A stretch of DNA of 64,000 nucleotides from a bacterium (lineage in GTDB: Bacteria > UBA8248). The stretch is taken from NCBI GenBank assembly GCA_963692865.2, contig OY843592.1, positions 704,001-768,000 of the forward strand, given 5' to 3'. The notes below the pieces were generated by a model. The model had not been told where the DNA came from. It made no database searches and saw only the letters and a program-made list of their open reading frames with translations. Positions 55,219 through 63,142 of the stretch are shown here, one piece after another. Every line of letters starts with the position of its first letter. The stretch's first letter is position 1. The position numbers and the translations under genes were made by a program.

Positions 55219-55514
55219 ACGGGAGGCGGAAGACGCTTCCCTGCCCCGGCTGAGGGCAGCGCATACCCGTCCCGTGGGGCGCGAAGCCGCGCGATCTGAT
55301 CGATTGCGAGAACTGAGCGGGCGTCAGGTTCCGCCTGGGCCGGGCGGAGGGGGCGGAAGCGCTCACCGTCGCGCAGATGGTCTCATGCCCCCTTTGCGGT
55401 GAGTACGTTCCGGTGGATGAGGATACCCCGCCAGGCGCCGTCGTGGAGCACGACGGAAAGAAGCTGCGACTCGAAAAAGAGTTCGGCGCGTTCATCCTCA
55501 CGCCTGCGGAGTAG
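55215..55514 (+). CDS. tandem zinc-ribbon (LysW-like) protein with two in-frame TGA codons read as Sec, 99 aa
   Basis: GTG overlaps the upstream stop (GTGA). MNGRRKTLPCPG-U-GQRIPVPWGAKPRDLIDCEN-U-AGVRFRLGRAEGAEALTVAQMVSCPLCGEYVPVDEDTPPGAVVEHDGKKLRLEKEFGAFILTPAE; TGA at 55251 and 55314; TAG at 55512-55514. Confidence 0.8.
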
Positions 55515-55646
55515 AGGCGGTTTGTGCGGGAACACAAGCGCAGGGCAAGCAATGGGGGTTATTTTCTTCGCAATGGATTCTTTGATAGAGTGTCTTTGCG
55601 CTCGTGGAGAGCGCATTCAGGGCGATGAAGCGCAAGGGAGCAAGCG

Positions 55647-56039
55647 ATGGCTTCTCAACCGCAGGCCGCTGTCCGACCAGCCCGGATTGGCAAATTGAAC
55701 CGGGATTTGCTCGCGCAATTGAAGGAGTTCGAAAATACTCCCGAGGAGGAGCGCTGGCCGGGCGCAACGTGGCCTACGCCTCAGGCGTTTCGGGACGCGG
55801 AGGCGTTCGTTCGTAAGCTGCCGCTGGATTCGGTTCCCATGCCCGATATAGGGCTGGCCGATGACGGAGAAGTCAATTTTCTGTGGAAAAAAGACGGGGT
55901 TCACGTTGATCTGGGATTTTACGGGACGGGCGCCTACTCCTATTTTGCGCGCGGGAAATCGGGGAACAAAATTTATGAAGAGGATGCTCTCGTATCGGAT
56001 GATTTTCCCGGTGAAATTCTAGCATTGTTCAAAAACTGA
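55647..56039 (+). CDS. hypothetical protein
   Basis: RBS AAGGGAG; globular-looking P.P.IG...DGEVNFLW segment; lower GC. Confidence 0.7.
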   Translation: MASQPQAAVRPARIGKLNRDLLAQLKEFENTPEEERWPGATWPTPQAFRDAEAFVRKLPLDSVPMPDIGLADDGEVNFLWKKDGVHVDLGFYGTGAYSYFARGKSGNKIYEEDALVSDDFPGEILALFKN

Positions 56040-56046
56040 CAATACG

Positions 56047-56550
56047 TTGCCGCTCCCAGTATTACACCTCGATGAGTCGAAGAGCGCCGCGCCGGAAATT
56101 TCTCCCGGAATCGTTGAAGACGAAGAACATCTGATTCGCGAAATGTTCAATCCGCAACATATCAACGAAGAAGGGGAAGTAATCGAAAGAGCCATTTCCG
56201 TGAATGAACTGCTTGCAGACGGTTTTTCCGTTCATAGAATACGACATGTTTCGAAGGAATTCGTGGAAAAATCCATACAGGCGAGATTGTCGAGAAAAAG
56301 GAAAGAGCCCTGGACGAGTGAAGGCGTGTCCAGACTAAAGACTCTGGCGGTTCGTCAGATTCTCCTGGACAACGAAAGGGCGTTTGTCGTTATCGATACG
56401 GCCACGGAAGACAATCCCGGACATGCGAGCATCTATTTTGCCGCGCCTCAAAAAGGCAAGGCGTATGCGCGCGATGCGCGTGGTTTCCTTTTGCCGCTTC
56501 TTCAAAACAGGGTCACCCTCGATGAGGCGTATGAGGGCGCAACCGGTTAG
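56047..56550 (+). CDS. hypothetical protein, possible ADP-ribosyltransferase-like fold
   Basis: LIR...GFSVHR...NPGHASI pattern; lower GC; 7 nt after the previous gene. Confidence 0.6.
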   Translation: MPLPVLHLDESKSAAPEISPGIVEDEEHLIREMFNPQHINEEGEVIERAISVNELLADGFSVHRIRHVSKEFVEKSIQARLSRKRKEPWTSEGVSRLKTLAVRQILLDNERAFVVIDTATEDNPGHASIYFAAPQKGKAYARDARGFLLPLLQNRVTLDEAYEGATG

Positions 56551-56604
56551 TCATTCGGAGCAACATTGTATATAATCCCTTTTCCTTAATTTTGGAGATT
56601 CATA

Positions 56605-57561
56605 GTGGCTGAACGCGATTTTGAAATCATCATCATCGGGGCGGGGCCGGCCGGGCTGACGGCGGGGCTGTATACGGCGCGCTCGAAGCTGAACGTGGTC
56701 TGCTATGAAAAACTCGCGCCCGGCGGCGAGATTCTCAACACCGAGCACGTGGAGGACTACCCGGGCTTCGAGCTGGTCGGCGGCCAGGAGCTGGCGGCCA
56801 AATTCGCCGATCACGCCATGAAGTTCGGCCTCAAGATCGAGATGGAGGAAGTCACCGAGGTCAGAAAGGACGGGGACGATTTCATCGTCACGACCGACAT
56901 GGGCGTGCGCCGCTGCGGCGCGGTGATCTACACGCCAGGCGGGCATCCGAAGAAGCTCGGCATTCCGGGCGAGGAGCAATACGCCGGCAAGGGCGTGAGC
57001 TACTGCGCGCTCTGCGACGGCGCGTTCTTCCAGGACGAGGTCATCACCGTAATCGGCGGCGGGAACAGCGCCGTGGAAGAGGGCCAGTTCCTCACGAAGT
57101 ACGGCACGAAGGTCTACATCATCCACCGCCGCGACCAGTTCCGCGCCCATGCGGTCCTGGTGGACAAGATCCGCGAGAACCCGAAAGTCGAGATCATCAC
57201 CGACTACGTGGCCGAAGAAGTCGTCGGCGACGACCGGGAGATGAAGAAACTGCGCATCCGGAACGTCAAGACCGACGAGACGAAAGAGATCGACGCGACG
57301 GGCCTTTTCGTCTTCATCGGTTTTATTCCGAACACGGATTTGATAAAAGATCACGTGGAAAAGGACGATGCCGGTTTCATCCTCACGGACCAGAACATGG
57401 AGACCAACGTTCCGGGCCTGTTCGTGGCCGGTGATTGCAGAAGCCAGTTGATTCGCCAGATCACCAACGCGTCGGGCGACGCGACGACGGCGGCGGTGGC
57501 GGCGGAGAAATATCTCGAAGCCCAGGAAGAGGCCAGGAAACAGGCCGCGGCGGCTTCCTAG
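56605..57561 (+). CDS. trxB: thioredoxin-disulfide reductase
   Basis: GAGPAG, GVSYCALCDG, GGGNSAVEE, HRRDQFRA, VPGLFVAGD. Confidence 0.96.
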   Translation: MAERDFEIIIIGAGPAGLTAGLYTARSKLNVVCYEKLAPGGEILNTEHVEDYPGFELVGGQELAAKFADHAMKFGLKIEMEEVTEVRKDGDDFIVTTDMGVRRCGAVIYTPGGHPKKLGIPGEEQYAGKGVSYCALCDGAFFQDEVITVIGGGNSAVEEGQFLTKYGTKVYIIHRRDQFRAHAVLVDKIRENPKVEIITDYVAEEVVGDDREMKKLRIRNVKTDETKEIDATGLFVFIGFIPNTDLIKDHVEKDDAGFILTDQNMETNVPGLFVAGDCRSQLIRQITNASGDATTAAVAAEKYLEAQEEARKQAAAAS

Positions 57562-57583
57562 CGTTCAAGGCGAGGAGAGGGAA

Positions 57584-58132
57584 ATGGAGTTCACCAGAGG
57601 GATTCAGAAGTTCTTTCTCTGGGACATCGTGAAGGGCATGTCCGCCACGCTGCGGCACATGTTCAAGAAACCCGTCACGCTGCAATACCCGACCGAGCGG
57701 TGGGAGCCGCCCGAGCGCTTCCGCGGATTCTTGGGTCTGACGCGCGACTTCAAGACGGGCGAGGAACTCTGCATCGGCTGCCTGAACTGCGAGAAGGCCT
57801 GCCCGGTCGACTGCATCACCATCGTCACGGCGGGCAAGGGCCGCGAGATGTACGCCAAGGAGTTCTACATCGACTACATGCGCTGCATGTACTGCGGGCT
57901 CTGCACCGAGGCGTGCCCCACGACGCCCAAATCCATCGTTCACACCCACCAGTACGAGACGCCCGGCTATTTCCGCGACGATCTCGTCTACGAGAAAGAG
58001 CGCCTCTACGACGTCTGGGAGAAAGAGGTGAACTACACCGGCCCCAGGCCGTGGGGCAAGCTGTTCGGCCTGAGGAACCAGGAGGCGGACACGCGGCCCG
58101 AAACCCCCGCCGAGACGGCGCCCGCCGAATAG
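57584..58132 (+). CDS. nuoI: NADH-quinone oxidoreductase subunit I-like 2[4Fe-4S] protein (standalone)
   Basis: VTLQYP.E...RFRG; CIGCLNCEKACP and CMYCGLCTEACP. Confidence 0.85.
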   Translation: MEFTRGIQKFFLWDIVKGMSATLRHMFKKPVTLQYPTERWEPPERFRGFLGLTRDFKTGEELCIGCLNCEKACPVDCITIVTAGKGREMYAKEFYIDYMRCMYCGLCTEACPTTPKSIVHTHQYETPGYFRDDLVYEKERLYDVWEKEVNYTGPRPWGKLFGLRNQEADTRPETPAETAPAE

Positions 58133-58155
58133 CGGGCTTCCCTGGCGGAATCCCC

Positions 58156-59328
58156 TTGAATCTTTTTACCGCCGATTTCGACGACATCCGTTCGGGCAAG
58201 GTGGCGGACGTCTACTTCGAGCGCACCCTCAAGATTCTCGAAGCAAAAGGCGTCCGAAAGAACGTGCGCGCGGAATTCGCGGTCAAGTCGCTTCCGTCGG
58301 GCTGGGGCGTGTTCACGGGTCTCGAGGAAATCCTGCGCCTTCTCGAAGGGTTCCCCGTGGACGTTCGCGCCGTTCCCGAGGGAACGGTTTTCCGGTCCTC
58401 CCAGCCCGTTCTGGAAATTTCGGGAACCTACAACGATTTCTGCAGGCTGGAGACCCCCGTCCTGGGGCTGATGTGCCAGGCGAGCGGGGTCGCCACCAAG
58501 GCGGCGCGGTGCCGCATCGCGGCCGAGGGCAGGCAACTCGTGAGCTTCGGCGCGCGCAGGATTCATCCCGCCATCGCGCCGATGGTCGAGCGCGCGGCCT
58601 ACGTCGGCGGCTGCGACGGCGTCGCCCTCGTCAAGGGCGCCGAGCTTCTGGAGATACCGGCGGCGGGCACGATGCCCCACGCGCTGGTGATTCTCATGGG
58701 CGGCCTCGTCCCTGCGGCCAAGGCGTTCGATGAGGTCATCGAGCCGGAAGTGGGCCGCGTCGCGCTTGTGGACACGTTCGCCGATGAGCGGTTCGAGGCG
58801 CTGGAGGCGGCGCGCGCGCTGACGGATCGCCTCTCGGCCGTGCGGGTGGATACGCCTGCGTCCAGGCGGGGGGATATGCGCCAGATTCTCGAGGAAATCC
58901 GCTGGGAGCTCGACCGCGCGGGATTCCCGCACGTGAAGCTCTTCGTGAGCGGGGGGTTGAGCGAGGAGAAGATTCTGGAACTGAACCCCGTGGTGGACGG
59001 CGGCTACGGCGTGGGCACTTCCGTGAGCGCGGCGGCCACGATCGATTTCTCGATGGACATCGTCGAGGTGGACGGCGAGGCAATCGCCAAGCGCGGCAAG
59101 CGCTCCGGCGGCAAGCACCTGCTGCGCTGCCGCGACTGCGGGGCGGAGCGCGTCATCCCGATGGACAAACCCTACGGGGATTGCGCATCCTGCGGCGGCG
59201 TGGTGGAGCAGCTCCTCGCCGAAGTGATGAAAGGCGGCGAGCGCACGGACTCCGCGCCTTCCGCGAAGGAGATCAGAAGCTACGTCTTGCGCCAGATACA
59301 CCGCGTGAGCCTGGATTCATCCGCATGA
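58156..59328 (+). CDS. nicotinate phosphoribosyltransferase (archaeal-type)
   Basis: ADVYFERT, SFGARR.HP, GTMPHA, LVDTF, VRVDTPASRRG, GVGT; TTG start inferred. Confidence 0.88.
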   Translation: MNLFTADFDDIRSGKVADVYFERTLKILEAKGVRKNVRAEFAVKSLPSGWGVFTGLEEILRLLEGFPVDVRAVPEGTVFRSSQPVLEISGTYNDFCRLETPVLGLMCQASGVATKAARCRIAAEGRQLVSFGARRIHPAIAPMVERAAYVGGCDGVALVKGAELLEIPAAGTMPHALVILMGGLVPAAKAFDEVIEPEVGRVALVDTFADERFEALEAARALTDRLSAVRVDTPASRRGDMRQILEEIRWELDRAGFPHVKLFVSGGLSEEKILELNPVVDGGYGVGTSVSAAATIDFSMDIVEVDGEAIAKRGKRSGGKHLLRCRDCGAERVIPMDKPYGDCASCGGVVEQLLAEVMKGGERTDSAPSAKEIRSYVLRQIHRVSLDSSA

Positions 59329-59341
59329 GCAAAGAAACAGC

Positions 59342-60382
59342 ATGAGCGCGGAGACGGAAGAAAGCCCGAGCCGCTTTCAGCCCTTAAGAGATTTCCTCGC
59401 AAAACACCAACGCTTCCTGCTTCTCACCCACATCGGACCCGACGGCGACGGCCTCCTCGCGTGCGTTGCGCTCAGCCGCTACCTCCGCGGGATCGGCAAA
59501 CACGCCACCGTCGTCACCGAGGACAGGGTGCCCGCCTTCGCCGCGCCCTTCGATCCGGAGGGCCTCGTGCGCTCGCGGAAAGATATTCTCGCGCTGGAGG
59601 ACTGGGCGGAGCGCTTCGATGCGTGCCTCATCCTGGACACCGGCAAGGCGAGCCGCCTGGGCAGGCTGGAGGAGCCGCTCAAGGCCGGTGGGCTGCCCCT
59701 GGCCGTGGTGGATCACCACATCCGCGAGGAGGACAACATCGATTGCCCCTCCGTCATCGACCCGAAGGCCGCCGCGGTGGGCGAGATGATCGCGGATTAC
59801 CTGGATGAGGAGGGCCACCCGTTCGATGACTTGCTCATCACCCGCGCGCTCATGGCGTGCCTCGTCTACGACACGGGCCAGTTCCGCTTCACGAACACGA
59901 CCAGGCGCACGCTTGGCTGGGCGTCGCGCTTCGTCGCGCTCGGCGCGAGTCCCGGGGAAGCCTACTCGATCTTCTGGGAATCGAACGGCGCTGGCTCGGT
60001 GAAGCTGCTCGGCGCGCTGATGAGCCGCATGGCGCTCGACTGCGGGGGGCGCCTCGCCTGGTTCACCCTGAGCGCGCAGGAACTGGACCGCTTCGGGGTC
60101 TCGCGCTCCGAGACGGAGGAATACATTTCGGTTCCCCGCTCCATAGAGTCCGTCGAGGTCATCGCCTTTTTGTCCGAACTCGAGAACGGGCGAATCCGCG
60201 TGAGCATGCGCTCGAAGGGCCGGGTGGAGATTCACGACGTGGCGCGCACCTTCGGCGGCGGCGGCCACGCCTTCGCCGCGGGCGCGCGCATGCGGCCCCC
60301 GCTCGAAGAGGCGGCGCGGCTCGTCAGCGCCGCGCTCGCCGAGAAGATACGCGACGTCCTCGGCCCCGACCAGGGCGCCTAG
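59342..60382 (+). CDS. nrnA: DHH/DHHA1 phosphoesterase (NrnA-like nanoRNase/pAp phosphatase)
   Basis: H..PDGD, LD, DHH, DTG.F, SMRS, GGGH..AAG. Confidence 0.9.
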   Translation: MSAETEESPSRFQPLRDFLAKHQRFLLLTHIGPDGDGLLACVALSRYLRGIGKHATVVTEDRVPAFAAPFDPEGLVRSRKDILALEDWAERFDACLILDTGKASRLGRLEEPLKAGGLPLAVVDHHIREEDNIDCPSVIDPKAAAVGEMIADYLDEEGHPFDDLLITRALMACLVYDTGQFRFTNTTRRTLGWASRFVALGASPGEAYSIFWESNGAGSVKLLGALMSRMALDCGGRLAWFTLSAQELDRFGVSRSETEEYISVPRSIESVEVIAFLSELENGRIRVSMRSKGRVEIHDVARTFGGGGHAFAAGARMRPPLEEAARLVSAALAEKIRDVLGPDQGA

Positions 60383-60756
60383 ACGCCGAACTCCTTGAAC
60401 ACGCGAAGCGACTCGTCCGTCGCGCCCACGGCGTTGGGAGCGCCCGCGTAGATCGCGCATATCAGGATGATCTCCTGGATTTCCTCTTTCGTCATGCCGA
60501 TGCGGAGCGCCGCCTTGGCGTGGTAGCCGAATTCCCTGTCCCGGCCCTGGGCGCACAGGACGGAGAGGATCACGGTTTCGCGGGTCTTGTCGTCGATGCC
60601 GTCTCGCGCGTAGAGATCGCCGTACACGGATTCGGTGACGAACTGCGCGAACGCGGGGCTCGCCTCCGCGAACGCCTGGCGCCTCTCCTCGCCTTCTTCG
60701 CCGAAGATTCTCGCGCGGGTTTTCAGTCCTCTCTCGAGGCGTGTTTCTTCACTCAT
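60379..60756 (-). CDS. carboxymuconolactone decarboxylase family protein
   Basis: YGDLYARDGIDDKTRE...H...A...G.T.EEI.E...AIYAGAP. Confidence 0.88.
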   Translation of the reverse strand: MSEETRLERGLKTRARIFGEEGEERRQAFAEASPAFAQFVTESVYGDLYARDGIDDKTRETVILSVLCAQGRDREFGYHAKAALRIGMTKEEIQEIILICAIYAGAPNAVGATDESLRVFKEFGV

Positions 60757-60919
60757 CTAACCGACCTCCTGTCTTGGGACGGGCGAAAAAGCCCATCCGG
60801 AATGAAAACGGGCGGCCCCCCACCGGGGGCTCGCGGGTGGTTTTGCCGGGATGCTTCTGTGGGCTTATATTGAATAGCGTATGTGGATGCGCATTTCCAC
60901 GCCATCAGGGAGATTCGAC

Positions 60920-61171
60920 GTGAAACTGGACGCCGTGAAATTCGGCCTGGCCGCCGGCATCATCTACGGGGCCATGTTTTTTCTCTACGCCCTCTTGGGC
61001 GCGCTGTTCGGCGTGGGCGGAGAGATGCTGAGGGTGATAGGCGATTTCTACCCGGGCGTTTCCCCCACTTATCCGGGCGCGATCATCGGCGCGGCCTGGG
61101 GGTTCGCGATAGGTTTTCTCTTCTTCACGGTTCTGGCGTGGATCTACAACCGCCTGCTGGGGGAGGAGTAG
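60920..61171 (+). CDS. small two-TM membrane protein
   Basis: GTG after AGGGAG; MKLDAVKFGLAAG...YPG...GAIIGAAWGF...AWIYN. Confidence 0.7.
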   Translation: MKLDAVKFGLAAGIIYGAMFFLYALLGALFGVGGEMLRVIGDFYPGVSPTYPGAIIGAAWGFAIGFLFFTVLAWIYNRLLGEE

Positions 61172-61182
61172 CGGATCCTGGC

Positions 61183-61518
61183 GGGGTTGTTGGAAAAGCC
61201 TGACTTCGTGATTCGGCGTATGAAGCCGACCGGTGAGGATGGGTCCGTAGGGGCGGCCCCCTGTGGCCGCCCTGACTCCGTAGAGCGCCAACCAATCACT
61301 CCCGCCTTGAGGGGGAGTCGAAGAGGCCAAGCCCTTGGGCGAAGGCCGATTCGGTGGGGGGTAAAACGCGTTTCATTGCCATTCCGAATTATACCCCCCA
61401 CCGATTCGCTTTCGGGCTTACGCCCTCAGCTCATCGTCGGTCTCCCCCGAGGGAGACCGACCCTCAAGGGGGGAGTGAAAATTAGCACGCTCCTTCTGTG
61501 GGCTTTTTCAATAATCCC
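61183..61518. mobile_element. MITE-like element, degenerate copy
   Basis: TIR GGGGTTGTTGGAAAAGCC / GGCTTTTTCAATAATCCC (3 mismatches); internal GTAG-type palindrome at 61247-61272 and CCTTGAGGG/CCCTCAAGG modules. Confidence 0.6.
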
Positions 61519-61651
61519 GTAGATGCGGCCCATGAAGGGCGACGAAAAAAGCCGGGTCGCATGTATGCGACCCCTACAACAGAAATGGCAATGACGCTGG
61601 AATGTCGTTGGGGGATGAATTCTGAGCGAGCACGACTTTTCTCAACACCCC

Positions 61652-62104
61652 CTACCCCAAAGACTTGGCGAGGGCTTCTCCCTGCGCGCGCATCTCGGGC
61701 GTCATGGACTCGTTGTGGGGCAGGAACGCCATGGCGACGTATATGTTCTCGGTTCCGTCCCCCTTCGAGAGGTTGCGGTAGAGCGGCTGGGGGTAGAAGT
61801 CGTTCATCGGCTCCGCATGGCCGATGCGCTCCTCGTTACTCGCGAAATAATACGCCACCACCGCCCTCGGGGGCACCCACCGCACGCGCTCCTCGCCTTC
61901 CGCGTCCACGTCGCGCACAAAGCCGCCGAAGCCCTTGGTGAACGAATCGCCGTACACGAATTGCGCGTTGGCCGCCTCGTCGCAGGTGTCCATCTCCGCG
62001 AGCTGGATGTAGGGGATTTCGTTCGGATCATCTATTCCATCGAGGGGCAGTTCGGTTATTCCGCATGCAGGGCAGATGAAGAAGACGTTTTGGTTTTCAG
62101 CCAT
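61652..62104 (-). CDS. hypothetical acidic protein with N-terminal CPAC
   Basis: RBS AGGA then MAENQNVFFICPACG; host-like codon usage; no family recognised. Confidence 0.7.
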   Translation of the reverse strand: MAENQNVFFICPACGITELPLDGIDDPNEIPYIQLAEMDTCDEAANAQFVYGDSFTKGFGGFVRDVDAEGEERVRWVPPRAVVAYYFASNEERIGHAEPMNDFYPQPLYRNLSKGDGTENIYVAMAFLPHNESMTPEMRAQGEALAKSLG

Positions 62105-62269
62105 GTCGGTGTTCCTGTGCAAGGGGCGCCCGGAAAATCCTCCGGGCCGGCGCGGTGTCATGTATTTAGAGTATTCCGACGATATCGAATCGTGCCAGAG
62201 GTCAATCTCCGGCGCAAGGATGAAAGCGCATTCCGGCTCGTGAAAGCGTGGACGCAATGTCGGTGGCGC

Positions 62270-63142
62270 TCAGCCCCGCGCCCGGGGGTCGAGCGCGTCG
62301 CGCAGCCCGTCGCCCACGTAGTTGATGCTCAGCACGGTGAGTGAAATCGCGAGGCCGGGCCACAAGACGCGCCCGGGGTATTGCTGGAGGTAGTCGGTCG
62401 AATCGTAGAGCAGCCTCCCCCACGTGGGGAAATCCGGCGGAAAGCCCAGCCCCAGGAACGAGAGCGCGGATTCGGTGATGATGGCGTCGCCCACGCCCAG
62501 CGCCGCCGAGATCATGATGGGCGAGACGACGCCCGGCAGGACGTGGCGGAAGATGATGCGCCCCGTGGGCGCTCCGAGCGCGCCCGAGGCGAGCACGAAC
62601 TCGCGCTCTTTGAGAGCGAGCACCTCTCCGCGCACGATGCGGGCGGTCTTCATCCAGGAGGTCAAGCCGATGACCGAGGCGATGAGGATGAAGATGCCCG
62701 TCTCGGGCCCGAAGGCGGCGCGCAGCGCGTCGCGGAAGAGCGCGATGATCACGAGCAGAAGGGGCAGGAGCGGAAGCGCCAGGAAGAGATCCGTGAGCCG
62801 CATGAGCGGGCCGTCGAGACGCCGGAAGTAGCCCGAAGCCACGCCTACAACTGCGCCCAAAGAGAGGGCCAGGCCCATGGCGGCGCCCGCCACCGCGAGC
62901 GAGACGCGCCCGCCCGCCAGCATGCGCGCCAGGGTGTCGCGGCCCAGGCGGTCGGCGCCGAGCGGATGGGCGAGGCTGATGCCCTGGTTGCGCGCGCGGA
63001 TGTCGATGAGGTGCGGGTCGGTTGTCCAAAGGAGCGGGCCGAACACCACGGCGAGCGCCGCTGCGAGCAGGATCCCCGCCCCTATCACCGCCCCCCGGTG
63101 GGTGCGGAACTGCGCCCATGTCCCGCGCCTAGCGCTGGTCAT
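62270..63142 (-). CDS. peptide/nickel ABC transporter permease (OppC/DppC)
   Basis: HPLGADRLGRD, ARIVRGEVL, ESALSFLGLG, GDGLRDALDP. Confidence 0.92.
   Translation of the reverse strand: MTSARRGTWAQFRTHRGAVIGAGILLAAALAVVFGPLLWTTDPHLIDIRARNQGISLAHPLGADRLGRDTLARMLAGGRVSLAVAGAAMGLALSLGAVVGVASGYFRRLDGPLMRLTDLFLALPLLPLLLVIIALFRDALRAAFGPETGIFILIASVIGLTSWMKTARIVRGEVLALKEREFVLASGALGAPTGRIIFRHVLPGVVSPIMISAALGVGDAIITESALSFLGLGFPPDFPTWGRLLYDSTDYLQQYPGRVLWPGLAISLTVLSINYVGDGLRDALDPRARG

Noticed and set aside
54973-55514. Pseudogene interpretation of the redoxin and zinc-ribbon genes
   Set aside because: It would need three independent Cys-to-TGA changes at motif cysteines, with no frameshifts or other stops, an intact RBS and translational coupling. 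Less parsimonious than Sec.
55148-55698. Track ORFs 55079..55402, 55148..55552 and 55399..55698
   Set aside because: No protein-like motifs; they overlap the better-supported Sec reading frame 55215-55514.
56605-57561. trxB, rhodanese, IscA, IscU or the CMD protein as further selenoproteins
   Set aside because: All are uninterrupted; catalytic positions, where present, are ordinary Cys codons (e.g. CALC).
60920-61171. Small membrane protein as a prophage holin
   Set aside because: No endolysin or other phage genes nearby; treated as a generic membrane protein.
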